The position numbers and the translations under genes were made by a program. The notes below the pieces were generated by a model that did not search any database, was not told the DNA's origin, and saw only the letters and a program-made list of their open reading frames with translations. 64,000 nt of DNA from Phoronis australis (taxonomy: Eukaryota; Animalia; Phoronida): positions 1,406,689 to 1,470,688 of the forward strand of contig NMRA01000023.1 in assembly GCA_002633005.1 (NCBI GenBank), given 5' to 3'. Positions 51,301 to 62,850 of this stretch are shown here, in pieces. The stretch's first letter is position 1; each line of letters begins with the position of its first letter.

Positions 51301-54300
51301 GTGCCCAACACACACACATTAAAGAACATGCTCACGGTTAGATGTAACATGATAAATGCCCAAATTTATTTCCGTGTCATTTTAGTTTTTATTTTTCGCG
51401 GCCAAGACCCCTTCCCGGCAACATTGAATTGGAGAACAGTGGAGGTGGAACTCAGTCAGAAGAATCAGAGGATGCTGTCTTAAGTCAAATCCGTAGGGCT
51501 TGCGACGATGAGATCTGCTCGACCAGTCGTATTCTGAGGAATCCGCAGGACACACTCCAGCACGTACTGGTCTACGCATAGGCGGATCCAGGGGGGTCAA
51601 GGGGTCCGGATCCCCCTTTTTCCCTTGCTTTTAATGATATCAAATCTATAATTTTCAAATTGTTGACTTGGTCCCCCCTTTCAAAAAGTCCTTGACCGTC
51701 CCCTCTCCTTTAAAAAATCCTGGATCCGCCTCTGCTACGTTTGATCTCGTGTCGTAGTAAACCTGAATAATGAAAATAGTCCATTTTCGCTCTAAAACTG
51801 CGTCGCAATTGCACACCGCGGCATCGTTCAGTTGTACCCATACCATGCAAGTCTGACATATTTAACAGTTAAACCTGGGTCTGACCAAGTCTAAAGTTAA
51901 ACATGGTTTAAGATCTTAATACAGGTCTAAAGAATATAGACCTCATTTGTGAAATGAAAACTGACTTTGACCAGGCCTAAACTGGAGTTAAACCAGGTTT
52001 TACAAGACCACTGGTCTAAAAGTTAAACCACCTTTATGAAATGCAGATTATCATTAAACCTGGTCTAAGTCCAGTTTAAACCTGGTTTAACTTTAAACCA
52101 CCTTTATGAAATCGGCTGTTAGTGAGGTTAGCTGCGCGTAACAGGGGGCGGCGTGAAAATGATGGCGATCAGAGGGGTGAAATTGGACGTGCCGTGATCT
52201 TGCGTCCCGTGCAGATCAATTTCCTTGGCTGTGCCCACTGCACCATGCCCTCAATGAACATCACATATGTACACAAAATGAAAGAAATTCTGCCCTGTGA
52301 AATGGTTTCCGATCAAGAATCTCCCTATGCCCATAATTCAAGTCATTCGTTGCAGATTATGAAATTGATGAATTTGTCCACTTTTTGACTTTCATCTGGT
52401 GAAACAGATTTGTCTTCAGGTACACCGGGCCACCCTTTCTGCGTGCTTGGTCACTGAACCAAACTATTGCTTCTTCATCATGGGTATAAATTAACGTACT
52501 TACCTTTAAAATTTATTAATATTCCGATAATAAAAGGGTTAAGAACAACCTGAAGACTTTTATCACTGAAAGACGTGCCCGCCGTGTCAAGCCAACTTGA
52601 AGCCGACCTTGAATGGCAATCTGCCAGTATACACTTTTATAACGGAAATGGGTCTCAATGGTTCCGACATGTTTTAAATTCCAGTCAACGAGAAACATGT
52701 GAACACAATGACAGTCCGCCATCTTTATCCCATAGACCGATTGGTTGCGAAAGAAGGCGTTTTTAGGTTATCTGAAACCTTCTTTAGTGGCCTCCATTCT
52801 AACTGGTGTATCGAAAAAATAAATAAATATTGAGTTTGGAAAGTTTCTGCGAAATATACCAAGCTGTTTTCGAGAAATCGTGTTCCTAAGTTCAAATTAA
52901 GTCGATTTGCCGAAGTCGAGAAAAAGGTGAGGAGTGAAAATCTCAAAGCCGAGTCAAGGACTTCGGTTAATTATTCCGTAAAAACTTGTTTTTGGTCAAT
53001 ATAACCTATACAAACCTTTGCCACGTCCATTATTTTAATATTTACTCGCGGCGTCAACTGAATTTGCAGTGCTTAATTAACTTAATTTTCACAAAAACTT
53101 TTCCTATAAATCAAGTCGATCTTGTCACAGGCGGCGCCAGCATATGAAGTGTGTCAAGCTGGTGCATTGTGGTCCACTTTAAAGTAGGTCAACAGTTCAT
53201 TGTTAGACACACGCGCTGGGAGACTGATTTGAAAACCAAGTACGAAATGGTTACAGAAATCATGTCGGTGGTTAAAGCACTTCGTGAGCATGAGACTGAA
53301 ACAGCGAAATGTCAAGTTACCAGAGTTGTGGAATTTGAGTCTCTTTTTTCACAACTTGCTATGTTCGTGAACACTAAGTCACAGAGGCGTGAAGCGACTC
53401 GATTGTAGCCGTTCTCAACGGTCGTAAGCATGCAGACATACAACTCAAACTCGTTTTGTCTTCGTTTTGTTCGGCATCTTATGTACACGTCCTTGACGCA
53501 ATATTATGGCAACCTTGGTGAATGAAAGGACTGAGGGTACATACGAAACTGCCCTGTACCTGGCGAGAAATTCGATTTGAGTAACAGACCTGTAACCTTT
53601 GATCTCGGATAAGTAAACAAATATCCACGCGGTTGTGTGAATCCAAGGTGGTTCTGCCAATTTTTTTTTCTCACTACACGGTATGTATTTCGTATTTGAA
53701 GTTCCCGAGAATGAACATAAGGCATTTTGCTAGACATATGTGAAATATTGTAAAATTACCAATTTTTGTCAATAACGTTTGAGATATCCTTAAGTTCTTA
53801 TCTCCAGGATTAATGTTGTCATCAGGTCAACGACAATTATCCGAAAGCTTTTTCCAAACCTAACATTATGGCACCCGTGCATCATTTCTTGTCTTTGCCT
53901 TCTGAAATCAGTCTATGTGTTCGGTTCCTTCACGCTTTTTTCTATATACTCTCTGCAAACAGTAAAAGGAGCCATGAGAATCTAGTTCTGCAGTGATTCT
54001 GTTCCTGGGGATGGGCTCAAACGTTTTGTCAATGCACATCAGACTGATTGGGCGGAAGTTGGATGGGTTAGAGTGGTCTTTGTCTGGTTTGGGTATCATG
54101 ACACCAGGTGCGCTTTTCCACAGTTCGGGAAAGTGGCCGATACCAAGACACCTGTTGCAGATCTCGGCTAATCTCTAGTGGAGAGATAGACATTTTGTCA
54201 GAACGTCGTAGGAGGAGGAATTGCTTCCTCGGCTGATATTTTTCTTCCACTTGGAGGGTGTTCGTATGACCTCAATTGCCGTTATTTCAGCAAGCATTTC

Positions 54301-57300
54301 GTGATCATCTCCGTGTTGATGCGTGATTGTGTTAAGGGTATTAAACAGGTTTGCTTTTCGTAGCACTGTGTTGTCTACGGGGCGTTTTGTCACTTTGCAG
54401 AAGATCGGGCCTTTGCGCATTGTATGAGTTCTCTCTAGAGTTTGGGCAAATACAGTGGCCTTGTCTGGGTTGGAGAAGGCAGTTTTGTCATAGAACAGTG
54501 GTTTGGCTTTCGGATGGTTGCGAGTGCCCTTGCCTGTAATCTTCTTGAAGGCCTGTCAGGAACTGTTGCCCCTTTCCACATTGAGATACTCACAAAACTT
54601 CATGTGCGATTGACTTTATCTTTGACAGCATTCTCAATGCGCCTTTTCAGCATATTATAGGTGTTGTGGTAGATTGGTTTGTAAGGGTAGACCTGAGCCT
54701 TACGCTTGATTTTGCGTTCGAGTAGGATTAGCATCAGTGTGTTTTCTGAGCGTCGTCATGGGAATGGACGTGTTTTCACAGTGGTACAATTTTTATCATA
54801 CCTTGAATAATACGCTTTCAAGGAAGTCACGCATTTCTTAAGATATGCGGAAATTTTCACCGCTCGTTCTTCTGAGCAGCTTGTACCAGGATCAAAGAGA
54901 GCGCAGCGCCGGAATCAGGTACAGTTGTGATGACCACATTGCCCGTGGCGAGCAAGACCCAATTAAATGTAATTATCCGACCATAAACTGTATTAAACAT
55001 CTCTGACTATACATAATGGCGAATTTTCAAAATGCATTAACTACTAATTTTCGTTATAAACGAACACCACGGCGGTATTCAGGTGGAAAAAAACAACCAA
55101 GTACGGTTTTCGATTTTTAAAAATCGATGAACTAATAATCTAAAAACTACTACCATTGGGTACGATTGAAGATAAACTACTGCGAGTATTGATATACTCG
55201 GTGGTTATACAAGCGCTGATCAGAGTTAACAATATCACATGGATTCATTTTTTAATATTCTTTCAATCTCGTTTAACCAGATTTTTGACCAGGAAACAGT
55301 TGTTGTGTTTCATTTTTTATTACTGACAAAGAGCTAGAATAGTTATATAGTCAGTGCCACCTAAATTCTCCAGAGACTCCAAATTTTCAGTTTGGTTATC
55401 ACCATATTTGTACTTTTGTAAATATTTCATGATATGAGTTCTAATAAAGACTAAATTTTAATGACACGTGAAATGTTTAGTGTACCTGTGATGTGGTACT
55501 TTTAGGGATGGGCTCACTATGAACTTAACTAATTAAGTTTGGCTGGCGATCAAAATCTACCACTGTTTTGGTACTCTAAGTTCAAAACTTAGATAAAAAG
55601 TTATCAACCTGTTCCCGGTAAGAAAAAAAAGCAAGTGGTCAGAAGCATTAAAAATTAAATAAAGAAAACCAATATGAAACTAATCGTTCCTTTGGGAAGT
55701 GGCCCTTTGTGAAGATAAACACAAGTTAACCTTTTCAGTCATTTTGTAATATTTATAATATACCAAGTTAAACTACTTTCTAGAGTAGCAGGCTATAACT
55801 CTGCAGATGTCAGAGAAAACCAAATTGGGAGTACTAGTAACAACAACCATTGTTGAGATTGTAATGCTAGAAATTACCTGTCCACTTCATTAGCTAAGAT
55901 GTACATCAATACAAAGGGCGTGCTGAATAGGCCTGGTAAAAGTTGTCTGGGGCTTAGGGACTCCAGTGTAAGCGAGAAATTATCCATGTTGATAAAATAC
56001 AGGCTTACAACCTACTTGAGTTTAAATACTACGTAGGAATCAATTATTACGCAATCTATACGCCCATATCCATTAACTTTTTAGGAAATAACCGAACCTG
56101 TCACGCGCCGACTTCACCAAAAAGTCATTACGGTTCGTGAAGTACTATGCTGCATTTTTGTTGTGTAATAGTGATGTTATCCACTATCACGCATTTTAGT
56201 TATTCATTGCCATATAATCATTAGAAAACCGTTGGTACATGTACTAGATACAACAAAACTTTAGTAAAAATCAAACAAAAGAGATTTCTAGAGAGTGGAC
56301 TCTTTTAATGAATTGTACTTACTTGTACCAACAAGTAGCACTTCAAAACAAGCATTAAAGTGGAACCCACAGGGTAAACGGAATAGTGGCAGACCACGAA
56401 TGACATGGAGAAGATGCATCACCGATGACATGGAGAGGTTAGGATACTCATGGAGACAGCTAGAAGGAATCGCCCAGGACAGAACAAAATGGAAATCTCT
56501 GATTCGTGACCTATACCCTGGTAGGGGTGACGGGTATTGATGACTTACTTGTCCAAATCTGGCTACACCTGGCGGGTAATCGAGGTCTTCTTCGTACACT
56601 CTATAATCTTCATCTGGCATCGTCCCCTGTTTAGTCCCAAGCCCTTGAAAAAACACAAAGAGGGATTGTTGTTACGTTAATCCTTTGTTGAATCGAATCT
56701 AACACTCAAAGATTTGAGAATGGCATAATGAGGTGTATACGCCGGGATACTTCGGGAGGTAAACTAAGGATCGGATTATATTTGTATATAATATCATCGT
56801 TATTACTAGTCCGTATTTGTATAGCATATTTCCCGAGGACAAGATAATCTGATATGCGAGGGATCGGTGCTTAACTGTTTTATGCTTCTGTCTGTTAGAC
56901 TGGAGTTGTCTTTACCTGCCTTAGCATACTGTCATCGCCTGTTGGCTAACTTTGTTAAGGTGAGCAGGAGTTTGGGGTTTCTGCAGTCTGTGATTGGTCG
57001 GATCAGGAATAGTGACATCTGACGCACGAGCGGCCGCTCTGATGTGTGACCTTATCACGACCAGTTTCCAAAACAAGGTTGTTTGTCTGACAAAGTTCCC
57101 TGTGAAAGCGTCTCTATATAAGGGTTCATTCACCTTTAGAGTTCTATGAAGGGTGCTTTTTCAGAAACACAAATCTATTCAAGGGTTTTGCTGCAAAAAT
57201 GCACTCGTTTTTGGAAACGTAACAACTCTTTTTGTATTGTTTGGGAGTCAATGGGTTAAATTCAACGGTCCAACAATACATAGGGGCAGTGTTTCAACGA

Positions 57301-58996
57301 ATTGTTCCTCATTGTTTTTTCTTGCTATAAGCAATGTGAGCAAACGAGATAAACTACCTTTTCCTGCTGATGGCTTTGTGTCTCGTTTGTGCAGAATCGT
57401 CTCTTGTATCACGTGACCATCTTCGTCCTCGACCTTGATGTCTTCAACGTCGTCTGCTTTGTACTCGAGGTTTTCAGGCTCGCGAAACTCAAAGGTAGAA
57501 ATCGGTTCTGCTTTTCCATATGGTAGAAGATCGTCGTCTTGAAACGAGATTTCGTCCCGGATGTCTGTGAAGTCAACGCTTCTCTTTTTCCTGTCTTCAC
57601 CAGATCCTTCTTCAAGGTCAATTGTCACGTCCGTTTGAGCGTCATCTAGAAGAGCAACAACTCCATAAATGTGTGACCTTCATTTATTTGCCTATAGATC
57701 ATAATACACCAGCGCCTTCTCAGTGTCAGAAAGACCGCTTTTGATTTAGGCTACTTATTTATACAAATTCGTTTTATCTTGTCCCTTGTCATATTAGAAA
57801 TAACACCCAGGCTTGGAAAGAAAATACAAATCGTCAGTTTTAAGGCCGAAAACGCATTGTTGTCATTGCTGTCGCCTTTTCCCCGCGTTGGTGGCCTCCA
57901 GTACCCGCGGTAGAATTAACTGAACTGGAACCCGATGGACGCCGTCAGATGCGCCGATAAAAGCCGGAGTAAAATAACCGAAGCAGGTGGCCTTCACAAA
58001 TTATGCGGGAAGAGGCAGATGAAGTACATTGGAAGAGTATCCCCTACAGTCAGAGTGAACATTTGGGAACCGAAATGAGTTGCGTATATGCAGTAATGTC
58101 GAAACTTTTCGGCTTCGAATCTTATAGCCCGGTGGGTTCGCATTTTTCTCTCGCCTTCCTAAAATAGCTTGAATTTCATGTTTGCTTTCGATTGATTTTA
58201 AGTGTACTCCTATAATAAGTTTTGAAAAGCCTATTCATGTTTGTAAAATAATTGGAATGATCTCTAGCAATTAGGCTTACGAGTAAAAATACAGCAATCG
58301 TTTTCCAAAATATCCTAATACCCCGATAACCTAGTAATATATAACAGCTACCCTGTTCCGTTTTTGGTAGTAACTGTTACCAGAGCATCGTGTTTGGGGA
58401 TTTCATACATGATTTCTAAATATAACACATTTCTGCGACCAAAGGGAGATTGCGAGTAAGGCGGCACTTGAAGGTCAAGTGGTTCAATAGGGTGGTCGGC
58501 AGCCATTTGCTTCGCCAAGCTATGTTTGATCAAAAATGCTTTGAACAACTGTTGAAGTGTTGTCTGAGATGAAATTTGTGTAACTCTGCTCATCTTTGCA
58601 CATTGATGCTTTATTGTCGACGATTACGTCACTTATGTGAGGATAGATTGTGTACCTGTGCGTCAAGTTAAAATAGTCATTGGCTTACTTGTATTTTACA
58701 GATAAGACATTGAACGATTTCAGAATTCGTTCTGCAACTAAACTGAAAGAATGCTATTCTGCACACACTACAAATTCAGGAATAGTTTAGGATATGCAAT
58801 AATCTTCAATTAGTCTTAGTAATGAAAACGAACACATAAAATTAATACCATTCCAACGAGGAACTCGTTTTTTGCCTTGCGAGCTGTCTATGCTAAAATC
58901 CGTTTCGCGTATTTCCTCAATTGGCATTCCTTTGGAAATGTGGAATTCGAAAGATGTGAGCAGAAGGAGAGATATTCCCAAAATTTCATTCATCAT
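45189..58996 (-). CDS. uncharacterised acidic secreted precursor (granin/prohormone/proteoglycan-like), spliced gene
   Basis: Exons 58996-58849, 57645-57358 and 56643-56549 join in frame, as do 47490-47408, 46857-46686 and 45307-45189. A phase 0 to 1 linker exon is needed between the two blocks (candidate 52549-52504, or hidden in the N gap). Signal peptide MMNEILGISLLLLTSFEFHISKG; GKKR, RKKR, KR and KK sites. Confidence 0.6.
46686..46857 (-). CDS. secreted precursor exon (KDSEAAGIESDLDDEIDMPLKP...FDPNPK)
   Basis: caacag / gtaaag, 172 nt, phase 0/1, acidic open frame (overlaps ORF 46588..46806). Confidence 0.6.
47408..47490 (-). CDS. secreted precursor exon (QKRIVIDSIDTNDPNADVPAVVAVQVH)
   Basis: ctttctag / gtaagt, 83 nt, phase 1/0. 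Confidence 0.55.
49515..49800. repeat. repeat/MITE end rich in (TAC)TCGA(GTA) motifs, next to an assembly gap
   Basis: dense tactcga/tcgagta repeats in both orientations. Confidence 0.5.
49831..50448. other. assembly gap (N run)
   Basis: 618 Ns. Confidence 0.99.
50968..52118. mobile_element. same about 1-kb Harbinger-like element, copy 2 (opposite orientation), with nested MITE at 51577-51734
   Basis: TIR CAGCCGATTTCATAAAGGTGGTTTAA at both ends; nested MITE CATAGGCGGATCCAGG/CCTGGATCCGCCTCTG with a perfect 5-bp TSD CTACG. Confidence 0.88.
53900..54760 (-). mobile_element. degenerate LINE (I/Jockey-like) ORF2 fragment, N-terminal RT region
   Basis: DKATVFAQTL...EITAIEVIR...LAEICNRCLGIGHFPELWKSA..MIPKPDKDHSNPSNFRPISL...KTFE. 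Confidence 0.85.
56317..56552 (+). mobile_element. 5'-truncated RTE-clade LINE 3' end with a 10-bp TSD
   Basis: ALKWNPQGKRNSGRPRMTWRRCITDDMERLGYSWRQLEGIAQDRTKWKSLI is a typical RTE ORF C-terminus; TSD ACTTACTTGT at 56317-56326 and 56543-56552. Confidence 0.88.
56549..56643 (-). CDS. secreted precursor exon 3 (...DEDYRVYEEDLDYPPGVARFGQ)
   Basis: ttttttcaag / gtaagt, 95 nt, phase 1/0. Confidence 0.65.
57358..57645 (-). CDS. secreted precursor exon 2 (EEGSGEDRKKRSVD...LHKRDTK)
   Basis: cttctag acceptor / gtagtt donor, 288 nt, phase 1/1, strongly acidic open frame. Confidence 0.72.
58849..58996 (-). CDS. secreted precursor exon 1 (signal peptide, ...SSQGKKRVPRWN)
   Basis: ATG, hydrophobic core, G|MP putative cleavage site; donor G|gtatta, phase 1. 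Confidence 0.65.
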
Positions 58997-59126
58997 ATGT
59001 CGCTGACTAATGTGTCCATGATATCTGGCGTGAGAACGCTTCTCGTGGTATGATGTACTGTGTACGATGTACTATGTATTGTGTTTGACATCAACAATGT
59101 TTTAGCGCTGACTACTATAAAGATTA

Positions 59127-59370
59127 GGGGCCCGTTCCAAGAAATGATTTAAGTTCTTTTTTCACTTAAGTTTAAGATTTGTCTCAACTTTGAAACTTTC
59201 AAATGCATTAAGTTAGTCAAAATTAAGATGAATTTTAAGTAAAAAACTGAAGTCAAACTTAAGATCTCTTTCTTGAATCGGAGTTGAGGCAAATTTAAGA
59301 TTTATCTTTATATTGACTGAAATTTAAGATTTGTCTTAAGTTAGTTTAGTTATTTTTTTAGAACGGACTC
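59127..59370. mobile_element. small MITE with TTAAG-rich internal repeats
   Basis: ends ggggcccgttccaagaaa / tttttagaacggactc, flanked by tta/taa. Confidence 0.5.
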
Positions 59371-60298
59371 TAAGTCAAGGGTGCTATCACTGCACCATCC
59401 GATGTTAAGCTGCATTTTCCCTTTCGGCGGGCGAAAAACGGAAATCGAGTTAGGTGTAAGATAAAATAGCTACGTAATGTTTAGCCTTGACAATGGCGTT
59501 ACAGCTTAGGCGGTTCGCCTGAGCTACCCCCTCCCCCCGCCATGCTAGCTACAGAACTGTACTTTATATGTGTAACTCGTCTGCGATCTAGGCAAAACTT
59601 CATAATACAAGTTTACTGCCGTGTCGTGACGACTATTAGTGGAACGATGCCGTTATGCATCAGGCCAGGGCCCCGGTCGCGTAGCCTTGCCTTGGTGCAA
59701 AGTTGTATACTAAATATACAGCCGTTGAGCCGATGTGGATAACAACTGATCAAATAAAATCTGACACAAAATTAGTGTCATTAAAAACTACACTCTTCCT
59801 TGAGTATATTGAATTATTTACCGGTGTTGAAAAATTTGGCGTTCTACTGTTCACTCTGCTGCTAAAATAGTGGCGCGCTCTTTTGGGTCGGCTTTCGGCG
59901 CTGTCACCTAATGTCTTATGGCCAGTTTCCTTCCTGAATTCTTCAACCATCTGTTCTTCTCTTCCACGAGGTTGCGTACATGTCACAACGAATTATCGGA
60001 ACTGTTTTAGTATTTTAATAATAGCAAGCGGAATTTCAGAACAAATTTTGCTGCTGCGAAGCTGCCATCATTATGAGCGTCACGAGCGTACTCAGTTTTC
60101 AAAACGACGACTGACGTTTTGTTACAAAAAGAGGAGAATTATGCAAGAAAATATCGTTTATTAGATTGTTTTTCACTTAAACGCCTGCTGCAGGCAAGGT
60201 TAATGTCGGTTGACACTCAGATTGTGCATGCACCCCTGCCGGTTTATAATTCAACATATTGATATAAGTTTCACGACGAGGTGACAAGAAGAACTACC

Positions 60299-60905
60299 CT
60301 AGACAGTGACCACCGTCTCTAGGTGGCTCAGTAGAGACGGTGTAGCTCCTATAGGAGCTTCATGTGCCGGAAGCTTCTCGGCAAATTATGCTTCACACTG
60401 ATTAAAAAATCAGTCACGTTGTTATAAATACCTTTTGCGTATAGAGAAACACCATAGGAGACCATCGATGTATTTTATTCGTTCCAACTCGAACAAATAC
60501 TTCTTTTCTCATACCTTTTCTTCGAGAAGTCCTTCGTTCAGTTCCCAAAATCGGAAAATGGCCATTTTAACACTGCGCGCGGCAGGTGGTATGACGTCAT
60601 ATACCCTGGCGTGCGCAGTGTAAAAATGGCCAGTTATCGATTTGGGGATCTGGACGAGGGGCTGCTTGAAGAAAAAGTTTGATAACGGAATTATTTGTTC
60701 AAGTTGGAAGGAATTACGGACATTGGTGGCCTCCTAAGGTGTCCCTCTATGCGCAAAAGGGTATTTATAACAACGTGACTTTGATGTTGTAGTCGGTGCG
60801 CCGGGTACGTGAGGCATAACTCGCCGAAAAGCTTCCGGCGTATGAAGCTGCTATAGGAGCCACACCGTCTCTACTGAGCCACCTAGATACGGTGGTTACT
60901 GTCTG
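60299..60905. mobile_element. about 600-bp palindromic (fold-back) MITE
   Basis: arms are reverse-complementary over the full length, centred on ATGACGTCAT (60591-60600); flanks GAACTACC/GAACTACT (about 8-bp TSD). Confidence 0.88.
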
Positions 60906-61642
60906 GAACTACTCGAGCTGTATGAAATTTTGGGATCTAACAGAGCTCAACACACAGTGGTATATAGCTGACGATAGTCTTCATTCAGCTAGCTGACTGC
61001 CTAGGCCCCGGGATGTACCATCGTCGCAGGGAAGAAAAACAGAAAGTTTGTAAGTAGGTGTTGTGTTTATGTTTATGTTAGAATCGGGCATGTGACTACA
61101 GCTTATGGGATGAGTGCAGCGTGTGGGTTGATGACTCTAGGAAACAGGGCTTATTATGTAATAGTGTTACTCATATAGTTCCGTGCAGCAGTTGTAGTGA
61201 GTTCTATGTATAATTGGATATATTCCAAGAAATAACCTTTAAATATGGCCATGTTCATAGTACAGCTATTCANCTATATAATTTCAAAATGCATACTATG
61301 TTGCTGAAACATGTAGTTCAGGTCTCGCCGCTGACCGTAACACTAGGTTAACTATTTGGTCCGTCTCAGCTTAGACCGATATCGGTCTTTATTTTAGTTC
61401 TGAGAAATTTCATGAAACGACATTTTGGACTAAAGTTAGCCCAATTTCGGTGACCGTCAAAGTTAAGCACAAAAGATTTCTTGAAACGGAACCCATATTC
61501 ACAATTCTAATATTTTCTTATGAAATTCCCAAAAGAAGCGCAACTTTCTGGTTAGTGAGCAGACGACTTACTTGGTAGAAATAAACCCGTAACTTACATG
61601 AGACGCTGTTAGCAAATAGCGACTTCTCTACCAGTAGCGTTG

Positions 61643-61898
61643 CATGCGCGCACCCAGGGGCAAGGGGGCTCGGGAGGCTCGAACGAGACCCCCATTTGGC
61701 GAAGTGGGCAAAAAGGTCCGCCTCCGAGAGACAAAAAAGTCCGAGAAAATGGGACAAAAGTTTACTAAATAAGCGCAAACGCGCACTTTACAGTGGTGCT
61801 CCCGTTATTTTTTCTTAGTCCGCCCGCCCTTTTGTTAGCAAGAGGTCCACAACGTCAGGAATTCGAGACCTCCATATTGAAGGCTGGGTGCGCGCATG
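61643..61898. mobile_element. MITE (hAT-like, 5-bp TSD), copy 2
   Basis: TIR CATGCGCGCACCCAG; flanks CGTTG/CGTTA; inverted homologue of 13900-14136. Confidence 0.85.
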
Positions 61899-62489
61899 CG
61901 TTAGCCACCCTTTGTGCGTACTAAAAATTTTGTTCATTGAGAACATAAGAGTTTGCAGTCCATGTGCTATATAGTTTATGGTGACAACTAAGCAAATCAC
62001 ACCATTAAATGTTGAGTTAAACTCGTGGTGTTTCACTGGTGTTACACCTGTGATTCCTTTCGTCACCCGCTGTTAGGCTACACTCAGGATCGCAAGGTGT
62101 TACAACAGGTGAGGCTATTTTTTCGTGGGCTAAAATGACTCGCACAAGTTGAAAATTTCTTCTGACAATTTTACCTGAGTTGGACATTAGTCCGTGTTAT
62201 GTTGCCTCCGTGGTACAAAGGATGGATTGTAATCCTACCATCCTAGCACCACGCTAACACCAAACTTGAGCTTCTCTCTTTTTAACCCTAGGGGTTTGTG
62301 TACGGCAAAATTTTGACAGGAATTTAATTTAACGTAATTTTTTATTATCATGCCAATACTCGCATGTATCAGAAGCACATATCATCGCGTTTCAATTCTT
62401 ACCGACTAAAATGATCTTCAATAATTATTTCTCAAGAGATTACCTCCAAACTTTAAATCAAAACCACTACTAATGGATACCATTTCTTT

Positions 62490-62850
62490 GAATAACGATC
62501 ATGGATTCTTCGACGGTGCAACTAATGGTGCGGGATGGGGCTACCAAATACTGTGTGTTGACAACATCATTGCGGAATGCAGTGGCTGTATACACAAGTA
62601 GTCCACGGATGGAGTTTGAGGCTATACAACGTGCCTTAACTAAGCTGTCACTCCTAGACCTGGAGAATCACACCATAACTTTGTCACCGATTCCATGGCA
62701 GTGTTGACGAAATTGCAGTCTGGAAATCCCCCAGCCAACTGGGGTGTCTTCCGACCACGCCACCCTCATCATACTGTGTGATCTGGTCTTTCGTACCTGG
62801 CCACACCGGTGTCTTGATAAATGAGCGTGCAGATTACCTCGCTGGCTCAT
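62490..62850 (+). mobile_element. degenerate RNase H domain of a non-LTR retrotransposon
   Basis: across frameshifts: FDG...GWG, SSPRMEFEAIQRAL, FVTDSMAVLTKL, IWSFVPGHTGVLINERADYLAG (D-E-D-D catalytic pattern). Confidence 0.8.

Noticed and set aside
55878-55932. - strand candidate exon (taccag/gtaatt) after precursor exon 3
   Set aside because: In the required phase 0 it stops after AYSARPLY; it cannot link the blocks, although a truncated isoform is not excluded.
56915-57133. - strand ORF between precursor exons 2 and 3 as an extra exon
   Set aside because: Every phase-1 acceptor I tested runs into a stop before the gtaaag donor; exons 2 and 3 join in frame without it.
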